A stretch of 55,691 nucleotides of DNA, counting the filler, from Platydemus manokwari (taxonomy: Eukaryota), in NCBI GenBank assembly GCA_037951405.1. It is 5 parts of 5 records of this genome, joined end to end, with 100 filler letters (N's around TTAATTAATTAA, not from the genome) between each part and the next. Parts side by side here need not be neighbours in the genome. Positions count along the whole stretch, not along the records: positions 1 to 11,979 come from JBBMOY010364445.1; positions 12,080 to 22,013 come from JBBMOY011187544.1; 3 more parts are not named here. One strand, written 5' to 3'. Under the pieces are notes generated by a model. It was not told where the DNA came from. It made no database searches and saw only the letters and a program-made list of their open reading frames with translations. Every line of letters starts with the position of its first letter. Position 1 is the stretch's first letter. A program made the position numbers and the translations under genes. Positions 1 to 18,623 of this stretch are shown here, one piece after another.

Positions 1-1268
1 TAATCTATATAGATTTTTGCAATACACTCCACAATTTTAAAATTTTATTTTAGGACCCTTTTTTTTTAACTTTAGCCGAAATATTAGATTTTTATTTTAT
101 TTTAATTTCAAGTTTTTTTGAATTCTTATTTGCTGGTTATTATTCGATTACTCCTATTTTTCCCCACAAAAGTACCAAAACGACTTAGATTTTAAATAAA
201 TCAACGGATGCAAAATACCTAAATCAAATTAGAAAAAATAGATGACAAGTAAATTAAGAAATCAATCCTTAGAAATTTGACAAAGTTTTGTGGATTAACT
301 AGATAAACTAAGCACGATTGGAAGAAACATTGTGCAACTAAGCGAATTGAAATAGGAAAAAAAGTAAAAAATATTGGATTTCATACTAACATTTTAGTAA
401 TACTTTATATGTTAAATAAAGTAAATATGTGATTGCCAAATGGATATTCCTGTTTGAATTCACAATAAAGTATTGTTAAAAAATATAATTTTAAAATTAA
501 TAAGAATCTCAAAATAGATTTTGTGATCTCTGTAAGGTAACTTCAAACGGTGTTTAATGAAATATAATTGTTTTAGCTAAAAAGTGTGATTATTCTTGTA
601 AAATAGAATCAATAAATTTTTAGATAAATAAATTATTTATTTTGGTATTTTGAAAAATAAAATAAAGGTATTACAACTAATTAAAATTTAGATTTATATT
701 TATTGAAATTAATATAGAACTCGAGTTGTTGAGTTTGAATAATAGCATTAAACAGCACAAACCAAACACAAGGTTCTTGTTTACATGCGTATGTATTTTT
801 TTATGCATACTTTATTAGCTCAACGTCATGCACCTTACTTAGTTATAATATCTTAAGACTATCTAATCTCAAAGAAGTTTTAAATATAAAATTTTAAAAT
901 GGTGTTGATTTTACTTATACTTATTAGTTTCGGACATATCAGCTTTTTCATTTTGAAATGCCCCTGGGGTGATGTTGTATCATTGTAGATCATTGATGTA
1001 GAATAATAATCATAATTTAATTATATTATTTTCAATTAAATTTCAACTTAAAAGATAGGTAAACGAATCTCTACTGATATAAGAAAAAGTGATTTAAAAT
1101 TTAAGCATAAATGCCTTCAATAATTTATAGTATTTTTAGCGATTTATTGATGGATTAATTTTCTGAACATCTTATGTCCTAATTAGAAGAGTTTTTCCAC
1201 AAAATGTTAGTGAATTTTTGATTCATTGGATACTACAATTTTTGCATGAAATATACAATCATTTAGAA

Positions 1269-1340
1269 CAGTGGTCTTCACACTTTTTGTGTCGCGACCC
1301 ACTTTACGATTACAAATTTTTCCGCTACCTCTAGGGAATA
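1269..1340 (+). mobile_element. hAT (Buster/Charlie-like) transposon terminal fragment
   Basis: CAGTGGTCTTCACACTTTTTGTGTCGCGACCC resembles hAT termini; the preceding 8 bp ATTTAGAA fit the NNNTANNN target pattern; other end not found. Confidence 0.5.
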
Positions 1341-2253
1341 AAATAAAAATAATAAAATAATTTTTTTTAATAAAAAAAATAAATATATTTAGTAATAACA
1401 ACGATTTTGCATATTCTGGCATAAAACATCAAAACTTGACTCTATTTCGGTGATGGCTGGTCTCGATACTAATTTAAGATCTTTAAAATTCGATCGATTT
1501 TTGGTCTTGATATAAGTCAGTACCGTAAAAGAAATTTCTCACGCCTTCCCTTTTGAAGGACAGTGATATAGAATGATAATTAAAATTCAAAATAAATTTT
1601 ATCATCCGCCAAATTAGTTAATATAAACACATCAAAGTCAATGATGAGAATTAAAATGATTTAACTAAATAATGTATGAAATCAAAATATAAAAAATAAT
1701 ATCCCAACAATCTTTTTCAAAGCTATAGAATCAAAATTAACCCGGTAAAGTTAATGTCATGAATATTATAAAGTCTCCTTTAATGTTCCGAAATAACTTT
1801 ATCTAATGTTATAAATTTAGAAAGTTATTCAAATCTGCTCACGAATTTAATATTTAAATTTTATTGAGTATATTGAATACCATAATATTTAAATCCAACT
1901 AAAGCAAGAATAAAAATAGTATGGTAATTATAATTGAATTCAACGTTTGATGATTTTCATTCATGGTTGTCAGCTGATAATATGATTTATGATTAATGAT
2001 TTTCGGTTAGATATACATCCGATCAGTTATATAACTATATACGATATGATAACGGAAAATCATAAATGGTCTTTGTGCAAATTATAATTAGAGCAATTTG
2101 GAAGAAATTCCAGATTTCTATTAAACAATAGTTATTCTTATTATAATAAGAGCATCATGTTTCCATAGTAAAGTGTTTTGAAAATATAATCATATTATAA
2201 CTTTAATCATAATAACTAATAATGGGCTGCAGAGTTATCTTTTGAGAAGTAAG

Positions 2254-7497
<5,244 letters not shown>

Positions 7498-9596
7498 TCT
7501 TGAAGTGAAGAAACATTTCAATATTTTTTCCGTGAAATTTTATCTCGAAATATCTTACCTGAAAATGTATTAATCTATTAAAAACACTTAATCAATTCTA
7601 TGCATCATTGTAATGGTCTTTGTTTATATATACACATCAGTTCTGATTTAATCCTGGAATAATATTTTTACAAACCATTCGTAAATAAAATAACCGGAAA
7701 CGAACATAATAACAAAATCGATGAAACGAAATATTCAATAGATTGAAAAATACTTTTCCAAATTTGGTGTTATTTTACTTGAATATAGAAAGTGACTTAA
7801 ATAGTATATCACTTAATTTTATTTTATAATTTAATATTAGCACTAAGAATAGTAGCAATTGATTTTAATCTGACGATCTCAGATTAATAGAAGAATACAA
7901 ATGACCGCTTCCTGATTGTTAGTTGCTAACACTTCTTCATTTTTTATGTTGGATTCAAAAGTCATAATTTTTTTAACACACACAAATAATATATTTCCAT
8001 ATCACACCTTTTCCAAACAAACATTCGATTAATTTCAACATTCTTTAAAATGTACCCATTTCAATTTTAAATTTTTTAAATGATTTTTTAACATATTTCT
8101 TTTCAGAGGTTACAGTAATAGTTTGAGCAAGATAAATACAAATATTAATTATTTTTAATATAATCAATAAAAGATATTTTTAAATTATTAATCGTAATCT
8201 TGTTTAAATTATAAACCTCACACTGATAATGACAATAAAATTTTCGGACTAACATTGCAAACTAATGCAACAATTTTATAAAATTCATGATCCAGACAAA
8301 TGTCCTTTACACTGATAAGTTAGAAAAAAGAGCAATTGTTATTTAATAAACCGTGAAAATAATCAAATTAAAAATACCAAATTAACCAATAATTTCAGTA
8401 AAACTTGAAACATTAGTAATTCAGACAGAAAGTCCACTAATTGACCGGTTTTGTAGCCTCTTCAACTCATCAATATGGCCACAGAAATCGAATCCACCAT
8501 CCCATAATTCACTCACAAGTGGAATCGAATGAAGTGCCACTTCCTTCGAAGTGTTACTCAAAAATTAATGGTTAAATTCCTATTTTTTTTAATTTATTAC
8601 AGCGTTGCAATTTATTGTCGAATTTTTCCATGAACGCCCAAATAATTATCAGTCGATTCTTGTGCAAATATTCTTCCGTTCGTAATTGTAATCATTTCAA
8701 CGGTTCATAGTTGATAGTATGAATTAGTATATTAGGGTTTTTCATGCATATTCCATTGTGTATAGCAGGTGATTTCGATTTGTGAGACACATCCTGTCAG
8801 TTAATAATAATAATAATGAAATTATTAATTCGTTAACTGGTTGCGTTACACGAATCATCGATAACAGTAAATGCAATGCGATTAACATAATGAATTTGAA
8901 AATAAATAATTTATCAAACTATTTTGTTATGATTGTCGAACCGAATTTCCAAAAATATATACAATAATTGTTATTTATAAAATAAACATATTTCTTTCAT
9001 TTATTGATTAATGTTGTATTGTCGACAGAAAAGGTTTTATGTAAGAATAAGATTTTCTGATGGTATTCCTGGCTTTATCATATCTATTGCCGGTATATTT
9101 ATTTATAACTTGAAAATGGTTTCTAAAAGTTTTAAATTTATATAATCTAATATTTTAACAGGTATTGGTGTATTAATTATAATAACTTCTCTACAATAAG
9201 TACTGGAATACATAATTTCAACTCATTACACATTCACATAACATTAAACGCCTTTGATTTAACTTTGAATAGTTTCAATGCAATCTCATAAACAGGGTTT
9301 TTCTCATCGGTCGTGAATTTTAAATGTGCATGAATTAATGCAGATGATCAAGTTAAATCCTGCATAAATCTATCTATACAGATTGTTATTAATTTTTCGA
9401 GATTAGTTTTAACAAGACAATGACTACACGAGAATCGATTTCATTGCTTTTCAATGACCATTAACAACTTTTCTGAAATAACAGATATATTTTATTGAGG
9501 TCTAGAAAATAATTGACAGATACATTCATTAGTCAGGAGAAAAGAAATTTACAATTCAGTAGAAACATTATACGAAAGATCACAATTTAGGCAATT

Positions 9597-10025
9597 ATGA
9601 AATTGATATTAATTTTGGTGATTTATTCCTTAAGTATATTATACGTTTCCAATAGTTTCACCGGTTATAAAGGACAACCGTTGGCCGACTACGATGATGA
9701 TATTGATTATTTATTTATATCATTCCGGAAAGAAGAAATGGTTGATCGTCTTATCGGAAATTTACAAGAATTATTACCTGTCTACATATTTTATCCATTG
9801 GCTCGTTTGATAAATAATCTTCGAGATGGAATTACTGAATTCAAAAGCCTGAACCGTCACAATACCACTGCTGAAAAAGCATGGAGTTTGTTATTGATAA
9901 TTAGTTTCAATCTTGGTAATTTTTATACCTATAAAAAGAAGCTTTTCAATGATGTATGCTTGAAAACGAATGTTTTTGCCAACTTTTCGAAAGTTTATGT
10001 ACCGAAAATTCAAGATGATTTGTAA
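9597..10025 (+). CDS. Intronless secreted protein of unknown family, 142 aa (paralog A)
   Basis: ATG ORF with hydrophobic signal peptide MKLILILVIYSLSILYVSNS; gap-free alignment to the ORF at 11315 sharing KTNVF[AG]NFS. Confidence 0.8.
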   Translation: MKLILILVIYSLSILYVSNSFTGYKGQPLADYDDDIDYLFISFRKEEMVDRLIGNLQELLPVYIFYPLARLINNLRDGITEFKSLNRHNTTAEKAWSLLLIISFNLGNFYTYKKKLFNDVCLKTNVFANFSKVYVPKIQDDL

Positions 10026-11240
10026 TTTTTATAGAAATTTACTAAAACAAATATATATATATTGGTGTGTGTAGGGTTTATTTTTAATATCACTACTGTA
10101 TCAAGGTCTATTCATTTATAATTATTTGAAAAAGGTTTCCATATGCATTCCCAATAGGCGAAAGTAGGTTTCATATTCACTGTTAATGTTGCCGGACGAA
10201 ACCGATTTGACTGGCTTTATTACTTAGTAACAAATATTTTAAAATTATAAATGTAATTCAAGATGTTCCACAATAAAACTAGTATCACGTATTAATCAGA
10301 ATATATCATTTTGAGTAGATTTTTAAATTATTAACTAATAAAATGATAATAAGTTTAATAAATAGAGTAATTTAATAAAATATACGCTAACCTAAAGTCA
10401 TATAAAAAAGTAACAAACCTCGTAACATAAATAACCATCGTATGTTATTAAAAATATTTAATTTAAATCATAATTTAAAATTTGATAACATGATCATAAA
10501 AATTTCTATTTGAATTCTGGACTCACAAAAGTAATTGTATTTCATTTTAAAAATCATCAATCCTCAAAATCTATAATTTTCTATCTCGATCAAATTCAAA
10601 TCAACCATCATTGGCCAAGTTCAGAATAACGAAAAAATAGATTACGTCTTACATTAAAAAAAAGCTTTCCCATACTTTGTTAAACCTTTATTAAATAAAT
10701 TTGAAAAGGAAAAAGAGAGAATATAATAAACAGAAAAATGAAATTTTTCAAACGATAATGGCGGCTACAACAAAAATCCAGGAATGCAAATGTTATCAAG
10801 AAGTATTTTTTTATTATAAGCTTGATTGAAATTAAATTCCTTGTTCCAATCTTAATAAAAATCTAAAATATTATTAAAAATTCATAACAATGATAAAATT
10901 ATCAGAAAAATATCTGAAAAATAGTAAATAATTTTTAAACAATTAATTAAATTAGTATAGAGAGAAGAAAAATATACTAATTCAAATCAATCAAAATTAA
11001 TAAATCAAAAACTTGGGTGCCAGGGATCAAATGAACAACAATGCCCACATAATTACAAATCGATCTGTGTAAATGGCGAATAAACAACTACTAAACTCAC
11101 AGAACGCAATACATTGCTAACATAAATAAAAGGTATGTAATGTAGAAAGCAAATCATAACCAAGGCGTCTGATTTATAAATTATAAGTGACACAATATGA
11201 TAGACAGGCATAATGAACGAAACAGTAGATTTTAGTTATT

Positions 11241-11247
11241 TATAAAA
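11241..11247 (+). promoter_or_regulatory. Putative TATA box of secreted paralog B
   Basis: TATAAAA ~70 nt upstream of the ATG at 11315; AT-rich background lowers specificity. Confidence 0.35.
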
Positions 11248-11314
11248 AGAACTTAAGTGAGATCTACAATAATTTTCTCTAAATTGTCATTAAAAAATTT
11301 TCCAAAAACATAAA

Positions 11315-11722
11315 ATGAAAACAAGTTTTTTGCTGTCGTTGCTAGTATATTCATTTATTGTACACAATGATCAAGATATGGTATTTGGAAATGAAGACAT
11401 CAATCCGAATATGATGGAAGATAATTTAATAAAATTCGTCAGATTATTCAGTTCAGAAACGTCTGTAAATCAAATGATCACAAGTTTGAAAAATTCTCTA
11501 CACAATGATTTATTGGATGATGTAATTTCGTTGATAAATACCATTCAAAATCAAATGACGGAAATTGTCAACGTAAAAAAGAACAAGATTAATGTCAGAA
11601 GATTGGCTTTATTGTCAATATTGGTCATGAAAAACTTGCACGAATTCATCAATTATCAAATGGAAATATTTCCGAATACGCCAATGAAAACAAATGTATT
11701 TGGGAATTTTAGTGTGATATAA
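11315..11722 (+). CDS. Intronless secreted protein of unknown family, 135 aa (paralog B)
   Basis: Signal-peptide-like MKTSFLLSLLVYSFIV; upstream TATAAAA at 11241; homologous to the 9597 ORF. Confidence 0.8.
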   Translation: MKTSFLLSLLVYSFIVHNDQDMVFGNEDINPNMMEDNLIKFVRLFSSETSVNQMITSLKNSLHNDLLDDVISLINTIQNQMTEIVNVKKNKINVRRLALLSILVMKNLHEFINYQMEIFPNTPMKTNVFGNFSVI

Positions 11723-11979
11723 AATGCGAATATATGCAATGAGTTTTTTTATTCCCCTGTATGGAAATTTCGAAATGAAATGCTCATATTTTTTAGTTAA
11801 TACAATTATTTATTGTTTATTAATACTTTGTTTTTCATAATTTGAAGACGACAAATATTACCGTTTTTTTAAAATTATGAAATCAATAAGAGAATTCTAC
11901 TGATTTCCTGCCATTTATCTTTAAATTAATTAAAATATATTATCTAATTAAAGCTTTTATTAATATCCATTATTTATAC

Positions 11980-12079
11980 NNNNNNNNNNNNNNNNNNNNN
12001 NNNNNNNNNNNNNNNNNNNNNNNTTAATTAATTAANNNNNNNNNNNNNNNNNNNNNNNNNNNNNNNNNNNNNNNNNNNN
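11980..12079. other. Assembly gap with synthetic linker (44N-TTAATTAATTAA-44N)
   Basis: Identical 100-bp structure at four places; the 12-mer has stops in all six frames. Confidence 0.95.
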
Positions 12080-12491
12080 CAGAGTAACAATACAACCAAT
12101 ATTTTATTTTATTTTTTTCAATGAAATTAATGTTTTGTATTCCACAATCAATCCGTTACTTCAAATCGATTGATTATAATTTTATTTGCTTAACAAATTA
12201 TGATAAAAATTTCTGCAAAAAACACTTAATTGATTCAGTAACTACTAATTTTAATATCGATATCGGAAGTTTATTCGATTTAAGTAACAGTTTCATTTAT
12301 TATTATTAAATTTCTTAAAATTTAGGTTCAAATCTTACAGACACAAAACTATCAATCAGTGGTTACGTAATTGATATCACAATAAAAGTCAAAATCGAAC
12401 TCAGTTAGCCACACAAAATTCAGATACCATATCAGAATTAAATATTGATCGCAACACCATAATCTTTATTATGCGTATAATAGATTTATTA

Positions 12492-12887
12492 TGTAGAATA
12501 ATGCATTGTATGTTGATGAAGTTCGACTAGTCTGGAGAGTGAGGGTTACTTGACCACAAAGCAACACTCTTAACGAGAAACGAGATGAGTCAATCAAAAG
12601 GTATGATCTCGGAATCTAGAATCCAATACGATCCAGTGACTCATCCTTAAATAATTAATAGTTCTAACCACTCACAACCAGCAGGTTTTCTTGGAACCCT
12701 TACAACGAACTTGTTCAATAGTGCAATTTAATCATCTCAATACATTGTCTAACTAGTCTATTATGCCAGAGTTCCTTGTTCTAGAAGCTGCTATCAGTCC
12801 CATTCCGATAATATGACAAAACTTGAAATCTTTCAACATTGATCGGTTTAAAAGTCTGAATATTCCAGAGACTAGCACCTTCGTACA
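12492..12887. mobile_element. Possible solo LTR
   Basis: GC-richer block bounded by TGTA...TACA; no clean TSD. Confidence 0.3.
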
Positions 12888-13029
12888 TTATGTCCCTGTA
12901 GAGATAGCAAGTATCAGAATATGTCGATAAAATCTTCCTCACTATCTTTATGAAACAAGAAATAAATTTCTCTAATGTAAGGGTTATGATTAGGGTCAGA
13001 ATTAGGTTTAGGGTTAGAGAAAAGACCTG

Positions 13030-14350
13030 TTATATTTCCTTGGTCCCCTTAATAAACACAATATGATTTCTTTGGTTCGAAAGCCAAAAATTAGAGTTTA
13101 GAATAAAATGATTTTGGTAGCAAATAACTTCTGTTGATCGAGCAGGTTAGATTTCGCAACAATTTCCACAACTCGAATCTTTATATTGTCGAATATGGAG
13201 TTTTTTAAATTGTCAAATCAAATAGGACCTCCCTGATATTGATAAAGCTCTCCTAGACAGAGTTTGTTGACCTACATTTACTACTGGAATTTTATTTATC
13301 GTAAATTGATTCATTAGTGATTCGGAAACATCCAGAATTTTCAACGATTTTGTCCTTGAATGTTGTTGTAATTATTACCGGGCGTTTCCTCATAATATTC
13401 ATTTCAGCTCCAATTTTGAAAAATTGATTATAAGTAGGTTTTTTTATTGAATCCTGCATATTTGAAAAAAAGATCTTTTTAGAACTTTCCACATGAGGAG
13501 AATCATTTGAGATCGCAAAACCTAATGGATTTATATTTGAAATAATTATCGTTATAAAATTGTGCTGAGTGAGATGAAATTCTGCAAAAAGAAAAATGGA
13601 GTTGCACATGGACAAACTTATTTAAGCACTTTAAACATTCGCATCCCTACACAACCATTCAATCATAGTGAAGTTAGATGGTAAACGACAATTTGAAAAA
13701 AGAGCATAGTCACACAACAGTACACAAATAGGAATTGACCAATCCAACTCATGCAAAAACTTAAAAACTCAAAAGGAACATGGAAAAGCAAAGACCGAAT
13801 CAAAATAAAATACAACGCTAAACAAAAATCACATAGAGATCACTAATATAGAAATCGATGCAAAGATGGCCAAATTACAGTTGGAAGCCAATATTTTGGA
13901 GTCAAAGCTTATTTAATTGTTGATGATCCAACAATTGTAATTCCAAAATATTCATATAATTTCATTTACTATTATTTCTATTGTTAGGTTAAAACGAACT
14001 TGCGATACAAATGCCTCCAAAACTCGATAAAACATTTCATGAAACACAATCTAAAGCTCAGCCTCAAACTAGAAGTTGGACATCTTTACATTGGTATTTA
14101 TACTTGAGCATTGTGTGCAATTTTTGTGTCACGTTTTGTTTTGATCTTTAATTTCTCAAGTTCCTATTTAATCTGTTGGTCTTATAAGATCTGGATTGGT
14201 CAATCCCTATGTGTGTGTTACTATGTGACTATGAGCCTTTTTCGAATTGTAATTTTCCATTTAAGTGAGCAGTGATTGATTGGTTGCTGTGTCTGTATGA
14301 TTGTGTACACGTAAATTCTGAAAGCGAAAAATTAAGGGTTCTCAAGTGCA
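13030..14350. mobile_element. Degenerate Penelope-like element with two inverted copies of a ~250-bp repeat (~13630-13900 and ~14050-14350)
   Basis: Copies share the ATTGGTCAATCCCTAT/ATAGGAATTGACCAAT core in opposite orientation; adjacent minus ORF MRKRPVIITTTFKDK loosely resembles the PLE 'L+K..DIII..ADKG' motif; a third copy lies at 52440-52730. Confidence 0.5.
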
Positions 14351-17300
14351 AAAATAGTTTTTCTCTTGCAATATTTTGTCTCTATTCAACAATATTTTTA
14401 TCACATGAAATACCTTTTTGATAAAGTTCAATAAAAATTTTCCACCACACTAATTGTGGTAAATAAATATTCATACACGGTAACTTTAGGTTTTGATTTG
14501 ATAGCTGAATGTGAAATGGATAAGATTAACACAATAAGAGATATTGCTACTGCAGTGGCCTACGGTATCATTTCAACTACTTTGTGAAGAGATGTGAAAT
14601 CAAAGATTTATTTTAAAATTAAGGAATACCTGAACATTATGACGTACTCATATATTCGTCATAAGTACCATAGTTAAAGTAAACGTAGTAAGATATACTA
14701 GAAAGATATACCAAAGGAAAAGTCCATCTTTTTATTTTATAAATGTTTCCAAAAATGTGTTGGTATCATTTAACATTGAAATTAAAAATTTGATAAATTG
14801 ATTGACAAATAAGAGGTTTCGGTGTGACTTGAGGAAAAAATTAAACATAACCAAATATCGGAAAACAATTTCAATTGAAAATCTCGGCTGAAAGCTGATT
14901 AAACAAAAAGGCGATAATCAAATATCGAATATTAATTTATAAATGAAAGAAAACCAATTTAATATATAGAAAAATTTCTTTCACAAATCAATCATGAATT
15001 AAAATTTAGTTTTTTAACCAATTCTATTCACCAGAAAAAAAATCATTAAAGAAAATTTCCTAGTTGGTGATTTGAAAAAAAGTGATTTTCAGAATTATAA
15101 ACTTACTCCCTAAAGCGTTTTGATATAATTATTGATCCACGCAGAAGTTTCTTTATTCTTGAGAAATTATTTTAATGCCACTTTAATTCAGATTTTTATT
15201 AATTGGGACTTTATCTGACAAAACCTTTTTTATATAATTGAAGTGTTCCTACATTTTCATCAATGTGAAGACTTATTACATCAAAGATCGATCGATTGAT
15301 TATTAATTTATATAGAGTGCTTTTCATAAATCGATGACCGCTTGAACAATTCCATATTTTTTCTTGAGATTTAATTTATTAGCAATTAGAGATTTGTAGG
15401 TTTCAATGACGTTTGGAATACAGATTTACCTTAGTTGAAAATACTAGGTAGCTCATGAGTGGTAAATGATACTCATTGGTTTCCGTTATTTAAAAATTCA
15501 ATAAATCACATCTGAAAGATATAACTTTTCTAACCAATACTTAAAAGTGTCTATTAAAAGATGGCCTCATAAATGACATCAAAATTCCTCTTATCTGTCT
15601 CTATCACAATCAATGCTATAAATGATATCAATATTTCATCACAAGTTTCTGTTGGGGAATTTTATTAAGGGGGGTATCGACTACTTTCTGGAATGATTAT
15701 TGGGTGATCATAACAATTCATATCCGTCATAATCAATAAAATAAATTAAACTATTTATTTACTCATTTTAACAATAAATGTTTATGAGACTTGACTATTA
15801 TTCTGATTGTTAAAAGACGAATAGCTGCCAATAAACGCTATTTTAACATACAACACCTAACATAATGGTAATCGCGTTGTAGAACTTGGATAGAAGCAAA
15901 TACTTTTTCTAAACATTTTAAATTAAAAAAATTACAGGATAACAACTTTCGAAATCATTTCTTTACACAATTTTGGAATCAATTTCCATCACATCAAGCC
16001 ATTCTCGTCATCAGCATAATGGAAAGATTAATCTTATAATTTTAATTTATTGATAAATTTAACTGTTCTAAATTCAGAGAACATTTATTGCCAATATAAC
16101 TCGATCAACATCAGCTTTTAAACTCCATTATAACTCTCAATTAATTCGAATAAGAATTCAAGTATATCTATATCAGCGGTTTTAATTGATACCTGTTAAA
16201 AGATGAAAAGTGTGTACTGCTTATAAGCGAACCAAATAGATAAGAGTCGAATAATTAAAAAGTAATTAAAACTACTTAGCCAAAAAGTAAGCACATTATT
16301 ATTAATAATAATATTTAGACGTTCTACTGATATTGATTTAAAAATTAAGCAAAGCCAAGTTGATAGATCTAAAATCAAATCACAGATATGGCCTTAATTA
16401 AGAGGTGAACCTACATAAAACCCACTTCCAATGGACAACCTATGTAAAAAACATAACTTGTATTTTTTAAACACAAGAACCAAACTTGAGTTACAAAATA
16501 ATTTAAAGTAACAAAATTGTAATTATTAACCAAAACCGAAACCCAAATTAGCTCTTTCTTGGCTATTAAAATAAGTAAAATAAAATCAACATCTACCTCG
16601 CACATCGCTACAGAGTCAACATCAATCCAGTTCAAGAAATTTGAAAATGACAATTGATAGAACATAGAAATTAAATTTTGACAATCTTGTTAATGTGAGA
16701 TATTTATAATATAATGTGATTCTGTACTTATGTAAATGCTCTGTAAATGAGATTTTATATTTTAAAATAAAATTTAATACCGTTTAAATATTATTTATAA
16801 AAAGTATTGGAATATAAAAGTGCAAATACAAATTGAAATAAATCTTTGAAACAATTATCTTACCTATAGCTGTGAAATCATTAGAATTTCAGTAAATTAA
16901 ATGAAAATGAATAATCTTTTTTTGGAATAATTAGATAAGAAACAAACGTTGGGGATCTGGGCCACCTGTAGAAATTGCTGACAATGATCGGCAATTTTTA
17001 ACTTGATATGATTTGCATGGAAAACAATATAGTAGTAATTTATATCTATGTTTCAGTATAAGCAATAAATTATAAATAAGTAATTTATATAAATGTATAA
17101 TGTAGGAAATTTTTATATTTTTATAAATGTATTTTTTCGGTTAAGACAAGTTGAACAAGGTTTTTGTTAATGTAACGTTTTTGTAAACGTAACAATGTAT
17201 TTTTGGAAACATTGTTTATAATTCGAAACAATTTGAAAATGACTCTTTTGTTACATTTCAACTTTTTGTCAACATTTTTAGTCAGTTTAATTAGTTGTGT

Positions 17301-17580
17301 GAAAGATCAAAAGATAGTTAATTTTAAAACAATATATTAATAATTTTATTAAATAATATTGATAATTTATATAAATACTTGGTTTCTGGCATAAAAAAGA
17401 AAGGAAAAAATAATATAAAATAAATATTCTTAACAATAAAATCATAGAGTTATAGTTAAATATTAAAGGGAAATCCTTAGGGAAATAAAAAATATATAGT
17501 AGCGAAATAAACCAATAAAGCATAAAGAATAAATTTGATTCAAAATAATAGAACCTGCCCATTTTACGAAACATCTAGAT

Positions 17581-17960
17581 TGTGTACTAGTGTTCATTAA
17601 TTATTTGAAACCACTAGCTCGTAGTGCGTTAAACCCATTTTACGAAGTCATTGTTAGAAGATTGCTCGTCAGCAGAATATGAAATTTGCTAATATTCAAT
17701 TTGCCATAACTAAGTATAGTAAGTTCGATTTTTCTGTAAACTACTGATCAATAATATAGTATTTTATCTTATATTATCCGACTATAAAGCTGTGCTCACA
17801 AAGCACTCTGAAGAAAGGTAACCTAGTTTTACTCCTAGAGTTGGATGTATGAACCGTCTTTTGATCTAGAATTGTAAGCTAGTCTTGAAACAATTTTTAT
17901 TAAGTGTGTAATGTAGTTATAAACTGTATTTGTTATTATTTATTAATAAACATTCAGTGT
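17581..17960 (+). mobile_element. LTR-like repeat, related to the inverted copy near 21250-21420
   Basis: TATA-like TATAAAG at ~17783, AATAAA at ~17945, ~57-nt core shared with 21301-21359 on the minus strand. Confidence 0.4.
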
Positions 17961-18623
17961 AGCAGAAGTTGGGTTTTTGATTTATGATTGTTTAAACATA
18001 AGCATAAAATATTGAGACTGATAAAATTAGAAAACCTTTGGATCATTACTGGCAATCAATTCTATAATTATATAGTTTTGATTGCGAGGTGAAAAAATAA
18101 TAACAATAAAGTTCTATAGATTGGTACCTTTGGCTTGATTATAACTCGTTTGAGACTGATCAAAACAACGGTGCTTCGCAATAGATAATTTTATTAATTT
18201 GAGACTGATAACATAAAATTTGAGACTGATAAAATAATCTAATGAATGAAATTAAAATGATCAGTAAATAACTTATATTTAATTAGTTATCAATAAAAAA
18301 TGAATTAGAAATATCCACTGTACACTTTGGGCAAGAACTTAATTAATTAACTGTTACTAATTAGAATCGATACTTTTCAATTAGTAAATTAAAAAAACTT
18401 CAAGAACTTGAAATTAAATCTATAAATAAATTCCTTATTCGTTTATTAGAAATTTTTTTTGTGACATTTAAAATAAATCATTTAATAAAAATTTCTTTCT
18501 TAATAAATCTAAGAAATTAATTAACCGATATTAGTTAATTGATAACACTTAATTTTCATAGAGAATATTTGTTTATAAATTAATTACAAGGCGATATTTC
18601 AAAAAGAAAATAAAACATTGACT

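Noticed and set aside
7499-7566. TTTTCAG|GTAAGA resembling a recursive splice site upstream of the Src ATG
   Set aside because: More simply a 60-nt 5'UTR intron (7558-7499) ending one base before the ATG.
8438-8465. CTAATTGACC-N10-CCTCTTCA also seen near 27628
   Set aside because: Short gapped match with no extended homology; compatible with chance in 55 kb of AT-rich DNA.
11980-12079. TTAATTAATTAA palindrome recurring four times within N runs
   Set aside because: Synthetic scaffolding linker, not biology; adjacency of genes across these gaps is not guaranteed.
12979-13018. Degenerate TTAGGG-like repeats
   Set aside because: Only about five imperfect units; likely part of a repeat element rather than a telomere.
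17808-17895. CTGAAGA followed by a hairpin, suggesting a hammerhead ribozyme
   Set aside because: No GAAA immediately after a stem II and no stem I/III with an NUH site in either copy.
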